Assembly: GCF_020745735.1 (NCBI RefSeq) | Contig: NC_083429.1 | Location: 50,201,877 to 50,265,876, forward strand | DNA from: Hemiscyllium ocellatum | Taxonomy: Eukaryota | DNA: 64,000 bases | Direction of reading: 5' to 3' | Shown here: positions 36,464 through 47,802 of the stretch, in pieces | Layout: each line of letters opens with the position of its first letter | Position numbering within the stretch: position 1 is the stretch's first letter | The notes under the pieces: generated by a model | Seen by the model: only the letters and a program-made list of their open reading frames with translations | Told to the model about the DNA's origin: nothing | Databases searched by the model: none | Made by a program: the position numbers and the translations under genes

Positions 36464-36688
36464 GAGAAAGTGAGGTCTGCAGATGCTGGAGCATCAGAGT
36501 TGAAAATGTGTTGCTGGAAAAGCGCAGCAGGTCAGGCAGCATCCAAGGAACAGGAAATTTGACGTTTCGGGCATAAGCCCTTCATCAGGAATGAGGAAAG
36601 TGTGTCCAGCAGGCTTATGCCCAAAACGTCAAATTTCCTGTTCCTTGGATGCTGCCTGACCTGCTGCGCTTTTCCAGCAACACATTTT
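36464..36688. mobile_element. Family B palindromic cassette nested in a family A cassette
   Basis: 16-bp TSD CAACACCAGGTTATAG at 36448-36463 and 36689-36704; near-intact minus-strand hammerhead at about 36557-36592. Confidence 0.85.
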
Positions 36689-39600
36689 CAACACCAGGTT
36701 ATAGTCCAACAGGTTTAATTGGAAGCACACTAGCTTTTGGAGCGACGCTCCTTCAAGGACTATAACCTGGTGTTGTGTGATTTTATACACCCCAGTCCAA
36801 CACCAGCATCTCCAAATCATAAAAGGAGCATGTTTGGGATAGAAATGCAATTCTGTAAAATGTGTCTCCTAGCTTGCATTAGTCATGTGACTTCTACCCT
36901 GAGGCCCACACTGGAGGTATCCACCTTTACCCCAGTTCACTAAAGACAGAGTAAATCTAAGACTGGTGTCCCATAAGCCTGTGACAAAAACTATCACATT
37001 TGCTTGTACTATAACAGTGGCTGCACATTAAAACAATTCACTGCACAGATAGTACATAGAGATCATTTCCATTAAAACCAGTATTCTCTTAACAAGAACA
37101 TTGAGTAGAATCGCCTCAGTGGTGAAGTGGCCAAATTCAGACCTCAATATGCTGCTATGAAATCACTTTTAGGTAATTCAGTTCACTAAAGCAGGTAATT
37201 TCAGTTTTTTTTTGTTATTGGATCAACTCCAGTAAAATCTCCCTGACTTTATCCTGATCATTACTGATGAAGGGCTTTTGCCTGAAACATCGATTTTCCT
37301 GCTCCTCGGACGCTGCCTGACTTGTTGTGTTTTTCCAGCACACTCTAATCTTGACTCTAATCTCCAGCAACTACAGTACCCATTTATGTCCAGTAAAATC
37401 TTAGCTGGTGCAAAATTAACTTTTAAAAATATTTCATGTGATTGAAATTAGGAACTCAGCATTTAAAATCAGAAACCAAATAAAAATTGTGGAACAGTTT
37501 CAACAAATCAATTGCCTATAAACTGTTTGTACATTTTAAACTTCATTAATGTGGACAATGGTCAGAAAAGCTTTGACTATGGATAACCACTACTAAATCT
37601 TATTTAACCAGAGTAACGTAGCATTCCTACATAAATAGTATGAGCATTTTCTGAGACACTTGTTATAGACTACAACAAACCCCTCAAAATATATTAAGTC
37701 GATAGCCTAGACTCTAACTTTTATTCAAAGGCAAGTGTAAAGCGCTGTGTTCCAGATATGATTTGATTGGTCACACTACTTGGCTTTAAGTAAAACACAC
37801 TTTACTCTTACACTAAAATTAAATTACAAACAAAAAAATTGGCATTAATTTTTATGCTATTAAAAGACTTAATGAGTAATATATTATTCAGCTGCTACTC
37901 ATCAACTATCCTAATATAGCAGCATCCCATAAACATTTGCTTGGCAAGGACAAATTCAGTAAAACAGATTTCCCTCACTTGCTATCTCTTCCAGTCCAGG
38001 AGAAAGAACACCAACAGAATTAATCTAGCAGCTGAGAGAGAGAGAGCTGTATCTAACAGCTTTCACTCCAAAACTCCAACTTCAAAAATTGAAAGCAAAA
38101 ACTAAGACCCTGAGTTTGTGTGAGTCTGACTCCATCACCTGTGCATCATTTGTATAAATTTCTTAAAAATTGATTTTGGTTTCCATGGAGCAGAAACCAT
38201 TTCAACAGTTTTACAACACCCCGCTTCAAGAGAAACAGGACAGATCAAATCCTTCTTAAAGGCACATACCATCTCATACTAAACATGTAACGTATTCAGT
38301 CAGCACACATGATGCAAGGCATCATATTTGTATTATTCCAGCAATTATTCATTTACATCGAAATAGGTCATCATCTGCACCACATCTGACAAACCTGAAC
38401 ATCAGCATTAATGGAATAAGCAGAACACAAATACAGTATTAGGGAACAATGACCGACTTTAAATGATTAATTACTAGTTTCAAACTTGCCAGTTCCTTAA
38501 TCAGGAACATATTAGCTGACAAGGCATGATTTCAGGGTCATAAATATTGGATTGACATTGATCAGAATTCATATTGATGTTTAAACTGATACAGCCACAG
38601 TCACAGAATGTTCATGTTGATCAGCTGATGTTCTCTGTCATTGCTCCAGACGGCAAAATACTCCAGGTGACAGAAATTTGAAGAGAATAAAAGTAACAAA
38701 GTGAGACACAGATGTGTTCTGATGAAAAGTAATTGACCTAAAATGAACTCTGTTTCTCACACCACAGATGCTGCTCAACCTATTGAGTATTTACAGCAAT
38801 TGCTATTATTTCCAGAACTCAATTACACAGGCAATACTTAGTCAAGCAGCTTTTTCCAGAAGTGATTTGCTGTGAGTTTCCTCCATCATGATCCCTTGGT
38901 ATGAACTACACATTGAGAGGATAGCTTCACTAAAGTTCAATGCACAATGATGGGTGATACATTTAACTTTGCTACCCATTTTATATTTTCCTGCCTTGAT
39001 AAAATTGAGGTCATCCACAATTCTGTTACCATGCACTGGCTCACAATTAAGCAATGTTGCAATTTTTAAATTCTACTGCGTTGTTTCTAATCCTTTTGTG
39101 GTCTTGCTTCTCCCTAGTTCTGGAACCTCCGCCAGCTGCACAAACCACCAAACTGTCTGCTTTCCACTTGAGCATTCCTAGTTTAATTGATTCACCACTG
39201 GCACTCGTGTCTTCAACAACCAAGTCCTAAGTTCAGGAATTCCCTTCCTAAAGCTCTCTCCCATTTTTCTCTCCTTTCTCCTTAAACATTACCTTTCTGA
39301 CCAAGATGAGAAGGTGCTGGTGTTGGAATGGGATAGACCAAGTCAGAAGTCACACAACACCAGGTTGATTTGAAATCGCAAGCTTTCAGAATGCTGTTCC
39401 TTCATCAGATGAAGTCACCTGACAAAGGAGCAGTGCTCTGAAAGCTCATGATTTCAAATAAACCTGTTGGACTATAACCTGGTGTCATGTGACTTCTGAC
39501 CTGCCTTAGGTGTTCTTGGTGGCAAGAAATTTTGTTTGATTATTGCTTTCATTAACTACCTTGATGCATTTTACTATTTTAGAAATGCTCGTTAGATGCA

Positions 39601-40324
39601 ATCTATTCGTTAATTTCAAAGATTGCAGTCCACTTAATTTCCAGGGTTACTGTCATTTTAAATTTTTCATTTGAATGATCAACTAAGATAAAAATTATCA
39701 TCAACAGTAACAAGTACTCCTTTTGTTAATGGTGAAAACTTTAATGATTAACTCAAAGGAAATTTAATAAGTCAAAGCATGTTTTTCCCTGATCATAACT
39801 ATGCATTTCAGTTCCTCTGGCACCTACATGTCAAGTAAGGCCTTGAGCATACCATTCAAAATCAATTGCTCATTCCCCAGAGATTCCTGGTCATTTTCAT
39901 TTTGTGGAAGTGTAACAGACAGATGGTCTGCTATTATCTAATGGTCATCCACATTATTGTAGCCCATTAGAACCCCAGAGTTGAGGTTTCCATAACTGAA
40001 TGATATCAGTAGACGAGAGTACAGATGGGAGGTTGAGAAGGGATTTGATTTCACACAGAACACAGCTGAAACATGCAGTCTGAAAGAACAGTAGAGGCAG
40101 AGGCACTGAGAATATTTAAGAAGTGGTTGGATTACACCTATGAAGTGCTGTGGATCAAGAGCTGGAAAGTGGAACTAGACTGTACTAACTAAACATTAAC
40201 ATTAAACACAAAACATTATAGAAAGCTGGAGAGAATCTGACTGAGATCCTATACTCTCCTATTCCATCCTCTTGTGATAATAATCTGACATAACACCCAT
40301 GCACATGCTCAGTAGCTGTCAGTA

Positions 40325-41575
40325 TTGATGCCCCATTAAATGCCAGTATTGTTTCCCTTTTAAATCCCAGAATTGCTACCCCTTTAAATGATAGGGTTAC
40401 TGCCCCTTTGAATCCAAGAGATACTGACACTTTAAATCAAGAGTTATTGTCCCTTTAAATCCCAGGTTGACTGTCCCTTTAAATCCCAGGGATCTGTTCC
40501 TTTAGTCCCTGGGGTACTGCCCTTTTAAATTACCTTTAAATCCAAGGGTTACTGCCCCTTAAATCCAACGGGGTTGCCTCTTTAAAGCCTAGCATTACTG
40601 CCCCTTTAAATCCCAGGGAGCTGCCCCTTTAAATCCGAGGGATCTGCCCCTTTAAATCCGAGGGATCTGCTCCTTTAAATACCAGGGATCTGCCCCTTTA
40701 AATCTCAGGAGTCTGCCCCTTTAAATCCGAGGGATCTGCTCCTTTAATTCCCAGGGATCTGCCCCTTTAAATTCCAGGAGTCTGCCCCTTTAAATCCCAG
40801 GGATCTGCCCATTTAAAACCCAGGGATCTGCCCCTTTAAATCCCAGGGATCTGCTCCTTTAAATCCCAGGGATCTGCTCCTTTAAATCCGAGGGATCTGC
40901 CCCTTTAAATACCAGCAGTCTGCCCCTTTAAAACCCAGGGATCTGCTCCTTTAAATCCCAGGGATCTGCCCCTTTAAATTCCAGGAGTCTACCCCTTTAA
41001 ATCCCAGGGATCTGCCCCTTTAAATACCAGCAGTCTGCCCCATTAAATCCCAGGGATCTGCCCCTTTAAATCCCAGCGATCTGCTCCTTTAAATCCAAGG
41101 AGTCTGCCCCTTTAAATCCCAGGGATCTGCTCCTTTAAATCCCAGGGTTCTGCCCCTTTAAATCCCAGGAGTCTACCCCTTTAAATCCCAGGGACCTGCC
41201 CCTTTAAATACCAGCAGTCTGCCCCATTAAATCCCAGGGATCTGCCCCTTTAAATCCCAGGGATCTGCTCCTTTAAATCCCAGGGTTCTGCCCCTTTAAA
41301 TCCCAGGAGTCTGCCCCTTTAAATCCCAGGAATCTGCCCCATTAAATCCCAGGAATCTGCCCCTTTAAATCCCAGGGATGTACCCCTTTAAATCCCAGGA
41401 GTCTGCCCCTTTAAATCCCAGGGATCTGCCCCTTTAAATCCCAGGAGTTCTGCCCCTTTAAATCCCAGGAATCTGCCCCTTTAAATCCCAGGGATCTGCC
41501 CCTTTAAATCCCAGGGTTCTGCCCCTTTAAATCCCAGGAATCTGCCCCTTTAAATCCCAGGGATGTGCCTCTCTA
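40325..41575. repeat. 23-bp minisatellite (TTTAAATCCCAGGGATCTGCCCC)n, about 54 copies
   Basis: Head-to-tail units without spacers; degenerate on the left, homogeneous on the right; variant block repeated at 40981 and 41165 (184 bp = 8 units). Confidence 0.97.
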
Positions 41576-41589
41576 AAAGAGAACGTCTG

Positions 41590-41942
41590 ATGGTTCTATT
41601 AGTGACGTTACCATCAGGCCACCCAACAGCCAATGGGAGCCAAGGAGGTGTTCAGTCGGGCGAGCCATAAGCCCCGCCCATCCCCACATGAATGGTCAGA
41701 ACGTAAGTACCGCCCTTTCTATGTCTTCACTTCATTGGCCTAGCCTGTGACATCAGGCGTCACAGACAGGCAGATGGTCCAATCGATGTGGAGGCTGCGG
41801 GCCCTGAATGGCTGAATCCTGCTGTCACTCACATCCTGGGGAGGCGAGGCCTGCGCGTTGCCTTAGCAACCGACCGGCGGAGTGGCCTGAGAGAGCTCGG
41901 CGCTTTAACATCCTTGTGCCTCCCTGGAGGATCGGGCAGCAG
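41590..41942 (+). promoter_or_regulatory. sc5d: CpG-rich promoter and probable non-coding first exon of sc5d
   Basis: TGACG half-CRE about 41603, SRE-like ATCAGGCCAC 41613-41622, CCAAT boxes at 41630, 41734 (reverse) and 41779, GC box 41671-41680, X-box GTTGCCTTAGCAAC 41857-41870, donor CAG|GTAGGA at 41942/41943. Confidence 0.7.
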
Positions 41943-43584
41943 GTAGGAGCGGGGTAACCGGACCCGGGGAGACCTTAATGATCGGGGGGGGGAGGAATGG
42001 GGCAACCGGCTGGGGGTACGGGCATGGGGGGGGGGGTCAGAGAGAGTGGGGTACCAGGGTTAGGGGAGGGTTAACTGACCAAGCCCAGGGATACCTGACA
42101 AGGAGGCATCTCCTCCCCACTCCATCCCTCCAGTTTCCTGCTGAAGGTTGCACAGTCAGATTGGATTCTGGATTAACAAAAACCTTTGCATTCAAGTGCA
42201 AGGGTGTTAATTTCTGAGCCAGGAGTTAGCACCTCTGGCAGTGCTGCACCCCCTCAGTGCTGCAGTGGGTGTAACATCTGACCCTCTGCATGGATGGTTG
42301 CTCTGGACCCCCATTCACAAGCAGCTGGCTCCCAGATCATGAGCTAAGCCCCTGGGGAATTAATGTTGCTCCCTGCCACTACCACCACCCAATCCAATCC
42401 ACCCATTCACTCCTCCTTGCCACCCCCCCCCTTCACTCTGCAAACAAAAACTGAAAGAACTGCAGATGCTGTAATCCTGAGTCAAAAACAGAAATTGCTG
42501 GAAGAGCTCAGCAGGTCTGGCAGCATCTGTGGAGAGAAGTCAGAGTTAACGTTTCAGGTTGAGCAAGCCTTCCTCAACTCTGTTCTGAGGAAGAGTCACT
42601 CAACCTGAAACATTCATTCTGATTTCTGTCCACATATGCTGCCTGACCTGCTGAGCTTTTCCAGCAATTTCAATGATCCTCCTTCAGAACTGAAGAGTAT
42701 TAACATAAAGACTGCAACTGTTTTTTTATTTCTGTATTTTTGACTCTGGTCTAAAATGAAAAAGAACTTTTGTTAAACCTAGGAATGTGGAAGGAATAGC
42801 TGCATTTTTGAAAACAAGTTATGGAGCTTATGAGTTATGTTTACAGTGTTGCTTTGCAAGCAGTTGGGGAGATGAGATAAGACAGTATCACACCAGGGTA
42901 TGGACTGAGTGAGATCAGTGAGCAGTTGGGTGTTGATTGGTTGGTGCATTTTTTGAACAGTTGTAAAACCCAAAGGTCATCAGCCTGATAACAACAATCT
43001 AATTCGCAGGCAGCTGAGTAGCTTATGTGGGTGAATGGTGCAGCGGTAGTGTCCCTACCTCCAAATGAGGATACCTGGATTCAAGTTTCACCTGTTCTAG
43101 AGGTTTGTACTGACATTGAAAGTTGATAAAAAAATTTCTACAGTGGTAAAAGGTCTTATGGAGCTTTGAGAAGATTTGTAGTTCAGGTTGAGTTTCTGGG
43201 TGTAGGTTTGATCGCTGAGCTGGAAGATTTATTTCCAGACATTTTATCACTCCACTAGGTAACATCTTCAGTGGGCCTTAGGGCGAAGCACTGCTGATGA
43301 TGCCTGCTTTCTATATATATGTTTGGGTTTTTTGAGATGGTGATGTCATTTCCTGTTCTTTTTCTCAGGGGGTGGTATATGAGGCCTAATTCGATATTTA
43401 ATAAGCTGTTGATTTTGACCAGTGACCTATGAAACTGAACAATTGATGAGTAAATTCCCTGTATCTTTGAAAAAGAACTGAGAATCTGGAATGAAGAACT
43501 TTGGAGAACCAAAAGTTTTGGGAATTAAAAAAAAAACACCTCCATCTAATGAGGACTGGTGCTAATGAACTGTGTTTCCCCAGC

Positions 43585-43619
<35 letters not shown>

Positions 43620-45002
43620 AGGGTGGGGGAGGGGTTTAAAAGGAGTGTTAGTTTCAGTTGTAGAATTGTATGTTGATGGTCATAACTGTTTACTCATGGT
43701 TAGAATTTACTTGTGACAAATTGTTTTATTAAGTACAGGATTCTGGTCAGTTTTCTGATCACCTGATTCCATCAAACTGGTAAACCTGAGGCTTTACATA
43801 CTCTGGTTATATCATCAGTTTTTGCTATGAATCTGGCAGTAATGGGGTTCAAGAATTGGTGCACTTTTCCAAGTGGATTGTGGCAATAGATTCATTTTAA
43901 CTTTGGTTCTCTCTCCACGAATGCTGCAAGACCAGTGGTTTTGCCTAAACTGCTTTTATTTGAGTTTTTCAGCAACCATAGTATTTTGCTTTTATTTGAT
44001 CTCGAACTGAGCAATTTGGTTAGAGTCCAAAATAAAAAAAAATGTCTTGCATTTGTTCAGTCCTACACATGACCCCTGGACAAACTCCAAAATGCTTTAC
44101 AGACAACAGTACTTTACTGAAGTGGAGTCATTGTTATAATTTTAGGAAGTGTTGAAACCAATGTGTATGTGGTGAGCTCAACAAACAGCAATTGGAAAAT
44201 GACCAGGTAGGTTTGTTTTATTGTGAGGCTAATTAGGGGATAAATATTGGTTGGGGCACAGGGGAGAGCTATGTCCTGCTCTTCTTTGAAGTAGTGCCAT
44301 GTGATCTCTTACATCCACAATTGTGGGCAGATGTGAGCCACTGGTTGATGTCCCATCTAATATATACAATAAATGAAACCACTGAAAGAAAGTGGCAGCC
44401 TAAAAGTTTACACAGCTGCTTTATCAGTGTTTACTGTTTACGATCTTGATTATAACAGTAAAGAGGTTTATATCTGTGAAATCCAGTGTGCCAGATTAAT
44501 TGTGGCTTCGCAGTTGTCAGCTTTATAAAAGCTCCCACAAAAATGAAGCATGTTCCAGATTTTCACTTTATTTCAAAATAAAATTAAGATAATTGAGAAA
44601 TGAAATATTAGGGTTGTTCTAACTTGCGTTTATATTTTTATTTGGATAACCTCAATGTGGCTGTCATCATTCTATATGTTTTAATGCAAAATAATTTTAT
44701 TTGGAATTCAGCAATTTATCAGGCTGAATCCAGTGTTCTGTTTTAGGGTCATACCTGTTCAGTAACATTACTTTGTAGAATTTAATGGAAGAGTTTAAAT
44801 ATTTTGTGAATGAATATCTTACAGTAATTTCTGAGCATATTTTCTGTACTTAAGAGTTTCTGATATTGTGAATTACCAAACTCTTCTGATTTGAACTCCA
44901 TCCTGGCTAACTTCCCACACTCCATCCTTCATGAACTTAAGCTTACCCAAAACTCTGCCTGTGTCTGAATTAGGACCTAGTTCCAACCATTTAGATTAGA
45001 TT

Positions 45003-45307
45003 AGATTACTTACAGTGTGGAAACAGGCCCTTCGGCCCAACAAGTCCACACCGACCCGCCGAAGCGAAACCCACCCATACCCCTACATTTACCCCTTACC
45101 TAACACTACGGACAATTTAGCATCGCCAATTCACCTGACCTGCACATCTTTGGACTGTGGGAGGAAACCGGAGCACCCGGAGGAAACCCACGCAGACACG
45201 GGGAGAACGTGCAAACTCCACACAGTCTGTCGTCTGAGTCGGGAAATGAACCCGGGTCTCAGGCGCTGTGAGGCAGCAGTGCTAACCACTGTGCCACCGT
45301 GCCGCCC
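45003..45307 (-). mobile_element. V-SINE (HE1-like), young full-length copy
   Basis: Head GGCGGCACGGTGGCACAGTGGTTAGCAC with A box and B-box-like GGTTCATTTCC; CpGs retained; (AATCT)n tail at about 44991-45007. Confidence 0.9.
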
Positions 45308-45659
45308 ACTAATACCATCCCTAATCCTCACTGATATATGTTCGGTATCAGATTTAGCAAGGCATGTATTTTAAAGTTCTCTTTAGTTTCCAATCCTTGA
45401 AGCCTCACCCTCCTTAAAATCTCTATCCCTAAAATCTTCAGATTAATTCTGTTGACATTATTCAGCCATCTTGATTTTAAGATCCCTCGAGTCTTTCCAC
45501 CTCTTTGTTCTCCTTTTTTAATGAAGTTCTATAAAACTTGAGTTTGTGTTCAGCTTTTGGACACCTCTCTTAATATCTCCTTGTGTTATTTGGTGTCAAA
45601 CTTTATTTGATAAAGATTGCTGCACAGTGATGTCCCGACATATTTTGTCTGCTTGTTTC

Positions 45660-46740
45660 TCAGCAACAAACAGAACATTGTTTCAACATCAGAACATTAT
45701 TTCATTGAGCCAACACACACTGCAGCACAGAGGAACTACACAGAGCAGCGGAAAATCACTTATACTGTGTATTCAAAAAGAATGGGTACTCAATGAACAC
45801 AGTCCATCGATTTCTCGGCAACAAACCCAAATAAGCAGACAAAACACATTGGGAAACCTTAGCCACCCTCCCCTACAACAAAAACAGCTCGGGAGTGACT
45901 GCCAGACTACTCAGACCCCTTGGCATCATGATAGCCCACAAACCCGCCAACACCCTAAAACAGCAGCTAATGAACTTGAAAGACTCTATACAGGCAACGA
46001 GCAAAACTAAGGTCATTTACAAAATACCGTGCAAGGACTGTAACAAACACTACATTGGACAAACAGGGAGAAAACGAGCCACCAGGATACAGGAACACCA
46101 ACTAACCACAAAACAACATGACCCCCTCTCACTAGTATCCTCACATACGGATGAGGAAGGACACCTCTTCGACTGGGAAAACACACCCATCCTAGGACAA
46201 CCAAACAAAGACACGCACAAGAATTCCTAGAGGCACGGCATTCCAACCGGAACTCCATCAACAAACACATCGGATTAGATACCATCTACCACCACCTGAG
46301 AAAAAGAACAGGAAGTGACATCACCACAGGAAATGACATCACCAACCCAAAGAAACCCAAACATATGAATAGAAAGCAGGAATCATCAGCATTGCTTCAC
46401 CTGAGGCCCACTGAAGATGTTCGAGGAGAAAGTGAGGTCTGCAGATGCTGGAGATCAGAGCTGAAAATGTGTTGCTGGAAAAACTTATGCCCGAAACATC
46501 GAATTTCCTGTTCCTTGGATGCTGCCTGACCTGTTGCGCTTTTCCAGCAACACATTTTCAGCTCTGGATTCCTGAAGAAGGGCTTATGCCCAAAACGTCG
46601 AATTTCCTGTTCCTTGGATGCTGCCTGACCTGTTGCGCTTTTCCAGCAACACATTTTCACCACTGAAGATGTTACCTAGTAGGGTGACGAAACATTTGGA
46701 AATGAACTTTCGAACTCCGTGAGCAAACCTACATCCAGCA
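45660..46740 (+). mobile_element. Penelope-like element (family D, Poseidon-like) 3' part with GIY-YIG endonuclease
   Basis: HKPANTLKQQL...VIYKIPCKDCNKHYIGQTGRKRATRIQEH; terminal hammerhead-like motif; interrupted at 46422-46659. Confidence 0.88.
46661..46698 (+). ncRNA. Minimal type I hammerhead motif, family D; core intact, stem III palindrome decayed
   Basis: CA-CTGAAGA-T-GTTACC-TAGTAG-GGTGAC-GAA-ACAT-T-TG. Confidence 0.6.
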
Positions 46741-47592
46741 CTTTATTAGTCATAACTGTTTATGTAGCACCTCTCACCTCGAAATGACTGAGCACAAGAA
46801 TTTAGACTATCACTAAACAGACTGATTTGAAATTCTCTTTTGCTTATTTAATGTTTTTGTATAAGTGAATGACGTAAGCATTATTGTTGAGCAATACCAG
46901 AATCTCTTTGAACACAGAACATTACAGCGCAGTACAGGCTCTTCGGCCCTTGATGTTGTGCCAACCTGTGAAACCAATCTGAAGCCCATCTAATCTACAA
47001 TATTCCATTCTCATCCATATGCCTATCCAGTGACCATTTAAATGCCCTTAAAGTTGGTGAGTCTACTACTGTTGCAGGCAGTGTGTTTCATGCCCCTGCT
47101 AGTCTCTGAGGAAATCTGTCTTATACCCATCATCCCTCAATTTAAAGGTATGTCCCTTCATGCTAGTTACCGCCGTCCAAGGAAAAAGGCTCTCGCTGTT
47201 CAGCCTATCTAACCTCCATGATTATCTTATATGTCTCAATTATGATTTGGAGGTGCTGGTGTTGGAATGGGGTGTACAATGTTAAAAATCACACAACACT
47301 GGGTTATGGTAGAACAGGTTTATTTGAAAGCACCAGCTTTTGTAGTGCTGCTTTTTCATGAGGTGGTTGTGAAGGTGCAGCGCTCCGAAAGCTAGTGCTT
47401 CCAAATAAACCTGTTGGACAATAACCTGGTGTTGTGTGATTTTTTTTTAACTTGCATCTCAATTAAGGCACCTCTCCACCTTCCTGTCAGAGTCAGTGCA
47501 AATGAAGATTTGGGAAGAATGCTGTGTTCACAGGGAATTAATTTTCATACATGAATCACTAAGACCTCTTCTTTTGGTTTCCAGGTTATGCC

Positions 47593-47802
47593 ATGGATAT
47601 TATATTACATTATACAGACTACTACTTCTTCACACCGTATGTGTACCCCAGTTCCTGGCCAGAGGATGCTGCTGTTCGCCAGATAATCAGCCTCCTGGTT
47701 GTAACAAATCTGGGAGCTGCTGCTATCTACCTCCTCTTTGGAATGTTTAGCTATTATTTTATTTTTGATCACATGCTGAAAAAACATCCGCAGTATTTAC
47801 CG
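47593..47802 (+). CDS. sc5d: sc5d first coding exon ([19 protein letters not shown]...KHPQYLP)
   Basis: Acceptor tttccag ending 47584, gccATGG Kozak, donor gtatgt. Confidence 0.95.

Noticed and set aside
37661-38285. Possible additional solo LTR (TGTTA... start)
   Set aside because: I could not establish a matching end or TSD with confidence.
40325-41575. CRISPR-like array (23-bp partly palindromic repeat)
   Set aside because: Units are contiguous with no unique spacers, there are no cas genes, and the context is eukaryotic; it is a minisatellite.
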